Source: Candidatus Dormiibacterota bacterium (GTDB taxonomy: Bacteria > Chloroflexota > Dormibacteria > DASZGP01). Taken from it: a stretch of DNA of 64,000 nt. Within the stretch, counting starts at the first letter, position 1, and every line of letters starts with the position of its first letter. The stretch is taken from assembly GCA_035938265.1 (NCBI GenBank), contig DASZHA010000058.1:288-64287 (forward strand), given 5' to 3'. Of the stretch, positions 17,966 to 27,088 are shown piece after piece. Both the position numbers and the translations under genes were made by a program. Under the pieces are notes generated by a model. That model worked only from the letters and a program-made list of their open reading frames with translations, had not been told where the DNA came from and ran no database searches.

Positions 17966-19051
17966 ATGCCAAAGCGGGTGGCGCCAGCGAGGAAAGCGCC
18001 CACCGTCGGGTTGGTGCTCGGGGCGGGTGGCTTTGTCGGCGGAGCATGGCTTACGGGCGCGCTGCTGGCTCTGGAGGACCTGACCGGCTGGCGGCCGTGG
18101 CGGGCGGACCACATCGTGGGAACCTCCGCCGGCGCCGCGATCGCCGCCATGGTCGCCGGTGGGGCGGCTCCGGAGGAGATCCCCGAGCTCTTCTACGGCG
18201 AGGGCCTCGAGGAGCTGCGTGAGCAGCCGGGGCAGATGGCTCGACCCCGGGGCGCAACCTTCCGCTGGCGGGAGGGCTGGCAGCCCGCGCTGGGCTCACC
18301 GCGCCTGGTGTGGGACGCGCTTCGCAATCCCGGCAGCGTGCCCGCGGGTGTGGCCATGGCGGCGCTGCTTCCCCGCGGCTTCGTCGACACCGAGCCCATC
18401 AAGGAGATGGTCCGCCGGGTGGTACCCGAGGGGTGGGCACCGCACCGCCGGCTCTGGATCGTGGCCTGCGACCTCGACACCGGCATCCGGGTCCCGTTCG
18501 GGGCCGAGGAGGCGCCCCCCACCGACCTGGCTGCCGCGGTGGCGGCGTCCTGCGCCATCCCCGGGTTCTATGGACCGGTGCGGATCGAGGGGCGCGACTA
18601 CGTCGACGGCGGCTGCTGGTCGACCTCCAACCTCGACATGCTCAAGCAAGCCGGACTTGACATCGTTGTCTGCCTCAACCCCACCTCATCGGCGCTGCCC
18701 GGGGAGCGCTGGCACGAGCGGCTGCGCAACGTCTACCGGGCCGCCAACGGCCGCCGCCTGGACCGCGAGGCCGCCATCGTCGAGCAGGCCGGCAGCGAGG
18801 TGGCGCTGGTGCAGCCGGGGCCGGATGACATCCTGGCGATGGGCAACAACTACATGCGGTCAAGCAACCTGGACCGGGTCACCGACGTGGCCCGCGAGAG
18901 CGTCGGCCGCCAGCTGGAGCAGACCCACTCATGGCTGCTGGACACGCTGCGGGTGCGTCCGACGGAGAAGCGGGCTAGGGAAGGCATCATCGTCCGGACG
19001 CTGTCACGGATTTCGACGAAGCGGCCCGCAAGGCAGGCCAGGACGGCCTAA
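17966..19051 (+). CDS. Patatin-like phospholipase family protein
   Basis: Oxyanion 'GLVLGAGGFVGGAW', nucleophile elbow 'GTSAG' (GxSxG), and catalytic Asp in 'YVDGG'. Confidence 0.85.
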   Translation: MPKRVAPARKAPTVGLVLGAGGFVGGAWLTGALLALEDLTGWRPWRADHIVGTSAGAAIAAMVAGGAAPEEIPELFYGEGLEELREQPGQMARPRGATFRWREGWQPALGSPRLVWDALRNPGSVPAGVAMAALLPRGFVDTEPIKEMVRRVVPEGWAPHRRLWIVACDLDTGIRVPFGAEEAPPTDLAAAVAASCAIPGFYGPVRIEGRDYVDGGCWSTSNLDMLKQAGLDIVVCLNPTSSALPGERWHERLRNVYRAANGRRLDREAAIVEQAGSEVALVQPGPDDILAMGNNYMRSSNLDRVTDVARESVGRQLEQTHSWLLDTLRVRPTEKRAREGIIVRTLSRISTKRPARQARTA

Positions 19052-19127
19052 GCGCCGGCCAAGCAGGCCAAACCAGCCTGCATCGGTGTAGCGACCCTCC
19101 AACTCCTATCGCGTCAGCCTGGCCCCG

Positions 19128-20777
19128 CTAGGCGGGGGATGGTTCTTTGTCGTCGACCGCTTCCGCCGCCCCGGGCGCCTGGGCCGATGAGGCCTGGGGG
19201 TCCGGTTCAGGGTCGCTGGTCGTTTCAGTCTTGGTTGACCGGGAGGTGCGGGCCTTGGCCCGGGTCCCAGTGGTCTTCCGCGCGGCCGGCCGTCTCTTGG
19301 ACGGGGCCTTGGCGGTTTCCTCGGTCTCGCCGGGTTTCTCCGAGACCGCGGGGGCTCCGCTGACCCAGCGGAAGGGGGTTGTTGGTGCTTCGGCGGGGGC
19401 GGCGGCCGCCGGCTCCTCGGCTTCCGCCGCGGCCACCTCGGCCTCCACCTCGACCACCCCTTCTGGGGCGGCTTCGGTGGTCATCTGTTCGGTCGCTACG
19501 GCCTCCGATGAGATCGCGCTGGCAGGCTCCTCGGGAGCCGCCGTTGGACCGGCTGCCTCTGCTTCGGCTGCGCGCGGCTCGCGGGCCGTGCCGCGTGCCG
19601 GCCGCGGCGAGCGCGGCAGGCGGGGCTTGGCCTCGGGCCGGTTGACACCGGCTGTCAGGCGTTGCACCAGCGGGTTATCGAGGACCAGCTCTCCCGTGGG
19701 CACCTGGATGGCGCCGCGGGATCGCATTTCGCGCTTGAAGAGGCCCATGGCCTCCAGCCGGTCGAGCCGGGTGGGGATCTCCTTACGGGTCCCGCCCAGC
19801 GAGCCGGCCTTGGAGCGCAGTACTTCCTCGATGGTCTTGATCGTGTTGAAACCCGATCGGCCCGGCGGCATCAAGAAGATCTCGACGATGAGCTTCTTCT
19901 CGAATTCGTCAGGCTCGCTTCCAGGTGCGACCGGGGGGAGCTCCTGCGGTTGGCGGGAGCGGCCCGGGGTGCGAGGCGATGCCGCGGGGCGCCCGCCCGT
20001 CGGGGCCGGTCCTGCCGTGGCGCGCGTCCTGGGTGAGCCGGATGGTGACGATGACCGGCTGCGCTGCAGCTCGGTTGCGCGCAGTCGCCTCGGGGCGGCT
20101 GGCGGGGGTGTCACCGCTGGCAGCGTGCTGGTCGGGGCGGGGGCGGCTGGCTCCTTCTTGTTGAAGAGAGCGCCGAGTATCCCGCCGCGCTTCTTGGGCC
20201 GGGCCGATTCCTGGTCCACGGCTGCCTGCTGGGCATCGAGGTCGGCGCGAGTGACCAACGGTCGGGTCATGCGACCCAGCTCACCGGTCATATCGACGTC
20301 CTGCCTCGTGATCGGGTCCCTGGCGTCCGCCGCGTTCATGAGGTCCAGCGATGTGCTGGTGCTCTGAACTCCGCTGACGATCACCTTCCGGCCGAAACGG
20401 CGGCGGAGGGTGGCGACCATGCGGACGAAGTCGGCGTCGCCGGTCATCAGGACGAAGGTGTCGACGTCCTGGTTGTCGATGGCTTCCAGGAACATGTCGA
20501 TAACCATGTGCATGTCGGCCGAGCTCTGGCGGCGACCGCCGCTGATCTTGCTCGGGGCGTGAATGGGCTCGATCCCGGCGGCGAAAAGCAGCCGGTCCTG
20601 AAACTCCTTCGGATGCCCGGTGAAGTCGGCATACGCGCGAGCGGTGACGACACGGCCGTACTTGCTGGCCTTGTTCATCAGCTTCTGCGGATGGAGCTCA
20701 CCACCGAAATGCTGTCGGATCCCGATGCGGATGTTGTCGAAGTCGATAAATAGAGCGACTTTGTTGTTGTCTGGCAA
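19128..20777 (-). CDS. NYN (PIN-like/LabA-like) domain protein with a long disordered Pro/Ala-rich C-terminal extension
   Basis: The N-terminal 'VALFIDFDNIRIG...ARAYADF...DMHMVIDM...FVLMTGDADFVRMV...VIVSG' carries conserved NYN acidic residues. This is followed by low-complexity P/A/R/E sequence flanking one roughly 90-aa ordered segment. TTG start. Confidence 0.8.
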   Translation of the reverse strand: MPDNNKVALFIDFDNIRIGIRQHFGGELHPQKLMNKASKYGRVVTARAYADFTGHPKEFQDRLLFAAGIEPIHAPSKISGGRRQSSADMHMVIDMFLEAIDNQDVDTFVLMTGDADFVRMVATLRRRFGRKVIVSGVQSTSTSLDLMNAADARDPITRQDVDMTGELGRMTRPLVTRADLDAQQAAVDQESARPKKRGGILGALFNKKEPAAPAPTSTLPAVTPPPAAPRRLRATELQRSRSSSPSGSPRTRATAGPAPTGGRPAASPRTPGRSRQPQELPPVAPGSEPDEFEKKLIVEIFLMPPGRSGFNTIKTIEEVLRSKAGSLGGTRKEIPTRLDRLEAMGLFKREMRSRGAIQVPTGELVLDNPLVQRLTAGVNRPEAKPRLPRSPRPARGTAREPRAAEAEAAGPTAAPEEPASAISSEAVATEQMTTEAAPEGVVEVEAEVAAAEAEEPAAAAPAEAPTTPFRWVSGAPAVSEKPGETEETAKAPSKRRPAARKTTGTRAKARTSRSTKTETTSDPEPDPQASSAQAPGAAEAVDDKEPSPA

Positions 20778-20944
20778 TAAAGGTTCTGTGCCTCCTTAAT
20801 GGCACGGCTACAGGCTGATGCCCATGGCCGGGTAGGAGGCTGACGCGAATATGGAGTTGTGAGGGTGCTGGGGTGAGTGTACTTGACACCTGGTCCCAGG
20901 CCCTCGATTCTGCTCAGCCCACGGGCGATCTAGTCTTTTGACCT

Positions 20945-21715
20945 GTGAGTGGCTCGATCAACTTCGACAACGCGGCCGAGTTCTATGACGCCACGCGCTC
21001 GCTGCCGCCGGAGGTGCAGGCGCAGGTCACCGAGATCCTGATGCCGGAGCTGGCGGGACGCGGACCGGTGCTGGAGATCGGCATCGGCACGGGGCGGATC
21101 GCGCTCCCGCTGGCGGCGCGCGGGGTGAACCTGACCGGCGTCGACATCTCGGAGGCGATGCTGGCGCGGCTGGGTGAGAAGGCTGACGCCCTGGGGCTGC
21201 AGGTGCCGGCGCGGATCGCCGACGCCACCGATCTGCCGTTTGCGGACAACAGCTTCGACGCCGGGATTGCCTGCCACGTCTTTCACCTCGTCCGTGACTG
21301 GCCCAGCGCGGTGACGGAGCTGGTGCGAGTGGTCGCCCCCGGGGGCGTGATCCTGGTCGAGGCTGATTCCAGCGGCGGCCTGCGGAGTCGCTTCCGGGAC
21401 CGGGTCTCGGAGATCGTGGGCGATGAGCGGGTGACGCCGGACCGGCTCAACACGGCCGAGGTCGAGGCCAGGTTCCTGGAGCTGGGGGCGACCGTGCGCC
21501 ACCTGCCGGTGGTCAGATGGGAGCGCGAGCGGACCGTGCGCGGCGCGCTGGACGAGCTGGCCAGCAACCAGTGGTCGATGACCTGGTCGATCGCCGAGGC
21601 GTTGCCCGCGGTGGTGGAGCAGCTGACCCGCGAAGAGGAGGCGGCGCGCGGGGACCTTGACACGCCGATCGTCGAGGAGCAGCGGATCGCGTGGCGCGCC
21701 TACGACCTGCCCTGA
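20945..21715 (+). CDS. Class I SAM-dependent methyltransferase
   Basis: Motif I 'VLEIGIGTGRIALPLA', then 'GVDISEAML' and 'FDAGIACHVFHLV'. GTG start. Confidence 0.85.
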   Translation: MSGSINFDNAAEFYDATRSLPPEVQAQVTEILMPELAGRGPVLEIGIGTGRIALPLAARGVNLTGVDISEAMLARLGEKADALGLQVPARIADATDLPFADNSFDAGIACHVFHLVRDWPSAVTELVRVVAPGGVILVEADSSGGLRSRFRDRVSEIVGDERVTPDRLNTAEVEARFLELGATVRHLPVVRWERERTVRGALDELASNQWSMTWSIAEALPAVVEQLTREEEAARGDLDTPIVEEQRIAWRAYDLP

Positions 21716-23664
21716 GAGAATTACGCACCGTGGACGAAGACGTTTTCTGGCGCCCCAATGCCGAGCAGATGGCGCGGAGCAGGATGGCGTCGCTGATGCG
21801 CCGGATGGGGGCAGCCGACTACGCCGACCTGGTGCGCAAGGGGGCTGAGGACATCGACACCTTCTGGAAGGAGGCGGTGGAGGACATCGGCATCGAGTGG
21901 TATGAGCCGTACAAGGCCGTGCGCGACTCGAGCCGGGGAATCGAATGGACGACCTGGTTCACCGGCGGGCGGCTGAACCTGGTCCACAACTGCCTCGACA
22001 AGCAGGTCCGTGACCGGCCCAACGCGGTGGCGCTGATCTCCGAGTACGAGGACGGCAAGGTCAAGCGCTACACCTACACCGACCTCGATCGCGAGGTGGT
22101 TCGGCTGGCGGCGGCGATGAAGGCGCTGGGCGTGGAACGTGGCGACACCGTCGGGCTCTTCCTGCCGATGATCCCAGAGGTCGTGTTTGCGCTCCTGGCC
22201 ACGGCGAAGATCGGGGCGGTGTTCATCCCCCTGTTCAGTGGCTACGGCCCGGACGCGGTGGCGGTGCGGCTGGCCGACTGCGAGGCCAAGCTGCTGGTCA
22301 CCGCCGACGGCTTTCTGCGGCGGGGGTCGGTGGTGCCGATGAAGGAGACCGCTGACGCCGCCCTGGCGGGAGCGCCGAGCGTGCAGAACGTGCTGGTGGT
22401 GCGCCGGACGGGGCGGGACGTGCCATGGGTCAAGGGGCGGGATGTCTGGTACGACGAGGCGGTCAAGGGCACGACCCCAGGGGTCGCCACCGAGTCGATG
22501 GCGTCGGAGGACCCCTGCATGCTGATCTACACCTCGGGGACGACGGGCAAGCCCAAGGGCTGCGTCCATGTCCACTGCGGCTTCCCCATCAAAGGCGCCC
22601 AGGACATGGCCCACGCGATGGACTTCGGCGAGCATGACCGCATGTTCTGGTTCACCGACATCGGCTGGATGATGGGGCCCTGGGAGATCATGAGCGCGCT
22701 GGCCCTGGGTGGCAGCTTCGTGACCTACGAAGGCAGCCCCGACTACCCTGGGCCCGACCGGATCTGGGACATCGTCGAGCAGCACAAGGTCACCCATCTG
22801 GGCATATCCCCGACGGCGGTGCGGTCCCTGATGCGCTTTGGCGAGAAGCCCCTCCAGGACCACGACCTGTCCAGCCTGCGCATGATCGGCTCCACCGGCG
22901 AGCCCTGGAACCCCGACCCCTGGAAGTGGGCCTTCCAGAACATCGGGGGCGGCCGTATACCTCTACTTAATTACTCCGGCGGGACCGAGATCTCGGGAGG
23001 CATCCTGGGTGGCAACTTCCACACCGTCTGCAAGCCATGCGCCTTCAGCGGCCCGGTACCGGGGATGGCGGTCGACGTCGTCGACTCCGAGGGCAACCCG
23101 GTGCGCGGTGAGGTGGGGGAGCTGGTGCTGCGCCAGCCGTGGCCGGGGATGACGCGAGGATTCTGGCGTGACCCCGAGCGCTACATCGCGACGTACTGGT
23201 CGCGCTGGCCCGGGCTCTGGTACCACGGCGACTTCGCCGAGCTGGACGACGACGGCCTCTGGTACATTCTCGGCCGCTCCGACGACACCATCAAAGTGGC
23301 GGGCAAGCGGATCGGGCCGGCGGAGGTCGAGTCGGCGCTGGTCTCCCACCCCGCCGTCCAGGAGGCGGCCGCGATCGGGGTGCCCGACGAGCTCAAAGGC
23401 GAGAAGCTGGTGGGCTTCGTCATCCTTCGGCCGGGCGAGGAGCCGCGGCCGGGACTGGAAGAGGAGCTCAAGGCCCAGGTGGCCCGCGCCCTGGGCAAGT
23501 CGCTCAAGCCCGCCGCGGTCCACCCCGTGACGGACCTGCCCAAGACCCGCAACGCCAAGATCATGCGTCGCGTGATCCGAGCCGCCTACCTGGGTGAGAA
23601 CCCAGGGGACCTGACCTCGCTGGAGAACCCGGCCGCCATCGACGGCATCACGGCCCTCCGCTAG
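21691..23664 (+). CDS. AMP-forming acyl-CoA synthetase, acetyl-CoA-synthetase-like (ACS family)
   Basis: 'WFTGGRLNLVHNCLD' is the ACS N-terminal motif. The AMP-binding motif is 'YTSGTTGKPKG'. Also 'GDFAELDDDGLWYILGRSDDTIKVAGKRIG' and 'LPKTRNAKIMRR'. The start is uncertain and overlaps the upstream methyltransferase by 25 nt. Confidence 0.85.
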   Translation: MARLRPALRELRTVDEDVFWRPNAEQMARSRMASLMRRMGAADYADLVRKGAEDIDTFWKEAVEDIGIEWYEPYKAVRDSSRGIEWTTWFTGGRLNLVHNCLDKQVRDRPNAVALISEYEDGKVKRYTYTDLDREVVRLAAAMKALGVERGDTVGLFLPMIPEVVFALLATAKIGAVFIPLFSGYGPDAVAVRLADCEAKLLVTADGFLRRGSVVPMKETADAALAGAPSVQNVLVVRRTGRDVPWVKGRDVWYDEAVKGTTPGVATESMASEDPCMLIYTSGTTGKPKGCVHVHCGFPIKGAQDMAHAMDFGEHDRMFWFTDIGWMMGPWEIMSALALGGSFVTYEGSPDYPGPDRIWDIVEQHKVTHLGISPTAVRSLMRFGEKPLQDHDLSSLRMIGSTGEPWNPDPWKWAFQNIGGGRIPLLNYSGGTEISGGILGGNFHTVCKPCAFSGPVPGMAVDVVDSEGNPVRGEVGELVLRQPWPGMTRGFWRDPERYIATYWSRWPGLWYHGDFAELDDDGLWYILGRSDDTIKVAGKRIGPAEVESALVSHPAVQEAAAIGVPDELKGEKLVGFVILRPGEEPRPGLEEELKAQVARALGKSLKPAAVHPVTDLPKTRNAKIMRRVIRAAYLGENPGDLTSLENPAAIDGITALR

Positions 23665-25238
23665 TGGCCGCCCCCAAGTCGGCGACGCGCGCCGCCCGGG
23701 GCGCGCGGGCGGCGGTCAAGGCGCCGGCCAAGCAGGCGGCCGCGGCGGCCGACGCCACCCGGGCGGCGGTGGCGGCACCTGCCGAGGGCGCCAAGCAGGT
23801 GGCCCGGGCGCCCCAGAAAGCAGCGCGACGGGCGCGCCGAAGCCTGACGGGCAAGAAGCTGTCCAAGACCGCGATCGACCTGATGATCGGTGCCATCCCC
23901 GGCGAGGTGGTGCGCGACATGGCCCAGGTGAGCGCGCCACTGGCGCGTTACAGCGGCGCCAGCAGCGTCAGCGCGGCGCTGCTGGCGAGGTCGATGCAGG
24001 TGCTGGCCCAGCCGCCAACGTCGGGCGCGGTCAGCGACGCCATGACCCTGGGCCAGATCGCCGAGCTGGTGGGACGCTCCCGGCAGGCGCTGACGGGATG
24101 GGCTGGCGCCGGCCTGCTGGGCGAGCCCAAGAAGGTGGGCCGAACCAAGCGCTGGGGCCGCGACGCCCTGGAGCGCGCCCGGCTGGTCGACTACCTGCTG
24201 CGCCATGGCGCCGTCCCCGAGGAGCTCTTCGAGGCGGCCGCCAACAACCAGCTGGCATTGACGGTCCTCAAACGATCGATTGGCCGCCCGGCCACCACCA
24301 CCCGGGAAGAGGCGGCCGCCGCCGCCGGGGTACCGCCTGAGCTGCTGGCGCGATTCACCCGGGCGCTCGGCGCGGCGCCGGGCGAGCCTGACGAGCCGGT
24401 CTACACCGACAGCGAGATGGATGCCCTCCGGCTGCTGGGGGCGATGAGGTCGGTGTACTCCGACGACGACCTGGTCGAGGTGGCTTCGGTGGTGGGCCGG
24501 GCCACGCATGAGATCGCCGAGGCCTTCCTTGAGCTCTTCCGCCGCCGCTTCACGCGGCCCTTCGCCGACGCCGGCGCCAGCGAGCTGGAGATGATGCTGC
24601 GCCTGGCGACGGTGATCGAGCTGACCGTGCCCACCACGGGCCCGCTGCTGGAGATGATCCTGCGTCGTCAGCTGGAGGCCTCTGCCCTGGAGGAAACCAT
24701 CCTCGAGGTGGAGCACCAGGCCGGCGGTCTCGACGGCACCATCGAGCAGGCGGTGGGCTTCGCCGACATCGTCGGCTTCACCAGCGCCTCGGTCCGAATG
24801 AACGCGCTGGAGGTGTCGCAGATGGCGGAGAAGCTGCTCCACGCCGCCGAGGAGGCGACCCTCGGCCGCAGCGCGCGCATCGTCAAGAGCATCGGCGACG
24901 CGGTGATGTTCACGGCTCCCGACCTGCTCACGGCGGGCGCCGTCGCCGCCGACCTGCTGGAGGCCGCGGCTGCCAGCGGCCTACCGCCCGTCCGCATCGG
25001 CGTCGCCTATGGGCCGATGCTGCGCGCCTACGCCGACTTCTTCGGCCGCACCGTCAACGTCGCCTCGCGGTTGACCGAGATCGCCCCCGCGGGCGGCATC
25101 CTCGCCGCCAAACCCGAGCGGCACATCAGCGACCACGATTGGAATGCGGCCGGCCTCAGCGTTCAAGACGGCGGCAAGAAGCGCCTGCGTGGCGTCGACG
25201 GCCGCGTCCCTGTCCTCCGGCTCAAGCGCCTCGGGTAG
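23664..25238 (+). CDS. Class III adenylate/guanylate cyclase with an N-terminal basic Ala/Lys/Arg-rich tail and a MerR-like HTH
   Basis: The C-terminal 'VGFADIVGFTSAS...SIGDAVMFTA...RIGVAYGPM...FGRTVNVASRL' are class III cyclase motifs. 'MTLGQIAELVGRSRQALTGWAGAGLL' is a MerR-type HTH. The first roughly 60 aa are A/K/R-rich. The GTG overlaps the upstream stop by 1 nt. Confidence 0.8.
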   Translation: MAAPKSATRAARGARAAVKAPAKQAAAAADATRAAVAAPAEGAKQVARAPQKAARRARRSLTGKKLSKTAIDLMIGAIPGEVVRDMAQVSAPLARYSGASSVSAALLARSMQVLAQPPTSGAVSDAMTLGQIAELVGRSRQALTGWAGAGLLGEPKKVGRTKRWGRDALERARLVDYLLRHGAVPEELFEAAANNQLALTVLKRSIGRPATTTREEAAAAAGVPPELLARFTRALGAAPGEPDEPVYTDSEMDALRLLGAMRSVYSDDDLVEVASVVGRATHEIAEAFLELFRRRFTRPFADAGASELEMMLRLATVIELTVPTTGPLLEMILRRQLEASALEETILEVEHQAGGLDGTIEQAVGFADIVGFTSASVRMNALEVSQMAEKLLHAAEEATLGRSARIVKSIGDAVMFTAPDLLTAGAVAADLLEAAAASGLPPVRIGVAYGPMLRAYADFFGRTVNVASRLTEIAPAGGILAAKPERHISDHDWNAAGLSVQDGGKKRLRGVDGRVPVLRLKRLG

Positions 25239-25309
25239 GGCGCTCCGGCGCGCCCGCGATTTGCCTTAGACTGAGCGACGCGAGTTCACTTGACCCCTGA
25301 GGAGGTGCG

Positions 25310-25744
25310 GTGTCGATGGCTTACAAAGCCTTCAGTGACGAATGGGCGGACGCCTACAAGAACGAGATCAACAACAGCGCGGTGTACAAGCAGGCCGCGC
25401 AGGGCTGGGAGGGCGTGGTCGCTCTGATCGTCGAGGCGGAGCCGGAGAAGAACTTCCCCGAGACGAAGGGGATTTGGATGGACCTCTGGCACGGCGAGGC
25501 GCGCGACATCAAGGTGGTCAGCGAGGACGAAGCGGAGAAGGCCGATTTCGTCATCCGCGGTCCCTACACCCGGTGGAAGCAGGTTGCCCAGAAGGAGCTG
25601 GACTCCACCAAGGCGATGATGCAGGGCAAGCTGAAGCTCAGGGGAGACCTGCCCACCATCGTGCGCTACACCAAGGCCAGCCAGGAGATGACGGAGTGCA
25701 CCACCCGGGTAGCCGTGGAGTACCCCGATGAGGTCCCCGCGTAG
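25310..25744 (+). CDS. SCP2 (sterol-carrier-protein-2-like) lipid-binding domain protein
   Basis: 'FVIRGPYTRWKQVAQKELDSTKAMMQGKLKLRGDLPTIVRY' is the characteristic SCP2 C-terminal motif. A GAGGAGG Shine-Dalgarno sequence lies upstream. Start is GTG 25310 or ATG 25316. Confidence 0.75.
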   Translation: MSMAYKAFSDEWADAYKNEINNSAVYKQAAQGWEGVVALIVEAEPEKNFPETKGIWMDLWHGEARDIKVVSEDEAEKADFVIRGPYTRWKQVAQKELDSTKAMMQGKLKLRGDLPTIVRYTKASQEMTECTTRVAVEYPDEVPA

Positions 25745-25765
25745 GCGAGCGGATCGGCGCAAGGC

Positions 25766-26215
25766 ATGAGCGCGGTCATGAGTGACGTCGCCCCCGAGGT
25801 CGTATACGCCGACGGCGAGGATGAGGCCAGCCCGATGGCCGCCATGCTCGCCGGGCTGATCACCGCCAACATCGAGCAGAACCCCGAGCGCTGGGACGAC
25901 TTCCACAAGCTCAGCGGCACCAGCGTCTCGATCGAGGTGCCCGACATCGACGAGGCCCTGACGCTGACCTTCGCCGGCGACGACCTGGTCGTCCGCAACG
26001 GCAAGCGGGGTCGTCCGGCGGTCAGCATCAAGGCCGACTCGGACATCGTGATGGCGCTCAACCTGGTCAAGACCGGGCCCATGGGGATGCCCAACTACTT
26101 CGACGAGAACGGCCGCAACGTGGTCAAGGCGATCATCAACGGCAAGCTCAAGATCGGCGGCATGTGGCGGGTGGACACGCTCAACCGCGTGACCCGGCTC
26201 TTCTCGGTAACCTGA
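25766..26215 (+). CDS. SCP2-like domain protein (second tandem copy, divergent)
   Basis: 'IKADSDIVMALNLVK' and 'AIINGKLKIGGMWRVDTLNRVTRLF' resemble the SCP2 fold C-terminus. Confidence 0.65.
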   Translation: MSAVMSDVAPEVVYADGEDEASPMAAMLAGLITANIEQNPERWDDFHKLSGTSVSIEVPDIDEALTLTFAGDDLVVRNGKRGRPAVSIKADSDIVMALNLVKTGPMGMPNYFDENGRNVVKAIINGKLKIGGMWRVDTLNRVTRLFSVT

Positions 26216-27048
26216 GCCAGGGCGGGCCGCCGCCCGAGAACGCTGCCTACTTCAGCGGCGACGCGGCCCGTTGGTACGACGCCGCCTACGGCTGGCGGAC
26301 CGAGGACATCGAGTTCTACGAGGCCCTGGCCAGGGAGTGGGCAGGTCCGGGCGGCGCCGTCCTGGAGCTGGGATCGGGGTCGGGGCGAATCACACTGCCG
26401 CTGGCGCGGGCCGGCTTCCGCGTCACCGCCGTCGACAGTTCCGCCGACATGGTCGAGCTGCTGCGGCGCCGGCTTGACGATGAGCCAGCGGCGGTGGCAG
26501 GGCGGGTTGAGCCGGTCGAGCAGGACCTCCGGAGGCTGCGCCTGGACCGTCTCTATCGGTTCGTCTGCCTGCCCTTCAACACTTTTTTGATGTTCAGCCA
26601 GCCGCACGAACGGCAGGATGCGCTCGACGCGGTGCGCGAGCACCTGGCTCCCAGTGGCGCCTTTGCCTTGGAGGTGTTCACCCCGGACCCCGCACGCCTG
26701 GTGACCTCCGCCGACTGGGAGGTGGACATGGAGCACGACATCGACGGGAGGGACGGCGAGGGCAAGGTCCGCGTGCGACGGGAGATCATGCGCAGCGTCG
26801 ACCTCGGCCGCCAGGTCATGCACAACCGATTTCGCCATCGAGTTTCGACGGCGGATGAGGGTCGCGAGCTGGCTGCGTGGGAGGATGAGATGACGCTGGC
26901 ATTCATCTTTCCCCGCGAGCTGGACCTGTCGCTGGAGCGCCAGGGCTTGCGCGTTACCACCCGCTACGGCGGCCCGGCAAGGGAGCCTTATAACCCAACG
27001 CCCGAGAACATTCAGCCGCAGTACGTGGTGGCCCAGCTGATCCAATAG
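26164..27048 (+). CDS. Class I SAM-dependent methyltransferase
   Basis: Motif I 'VLELGSGSGRITLPLARAG', then 'AVDSSADMV'. The start is uncertain. GTG 26164 overlaps the upstream gene by 52 nt, and an in-frame CTG lies at 26212. Confidence 0.8.
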   Translation: MAGGHAQPRDPALLGNLSQGGPPPENAAYFSGDAARWYDAAYGWRTEDIEFYEALAREWAGPGGAVLELGSGSGRITLPLARAGFRVTAVDSSADMVELLRRRLDDEPAAVAGRVEPVEQDLRRLRLDRLYRFVCLPFNTFLMFSQPHERQDALDAVREHLAPSGAFALEVFTPDPARLVTSADWEVDMEHDIDGRDGEGKVRVRREIMRSVDLGRQVMHNRFRHRVSTADEGRELAAWEDEMTLAFIFPRELDLSLERQGLRVTTRYGGPAREPYNPTPENIQPQYVVAQLIQ

Positions 27049-27088
27049 GGAAGGCGGGCGGGGTCGTCCGCGTTCCTAAACTCCGTAG

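Noticed and set aside
17966-20777. Patatin-like phospholipase adjacent to an NYN nuclease, considered as a two-gene defence system
   Set aside because: The genes are convergent, not an operon. There is no sensor or cyclase partner and no mobile-element context, and the flanks are housekeeping genes. The patatin protein looks like an ordinary stand-alone lipase family member.
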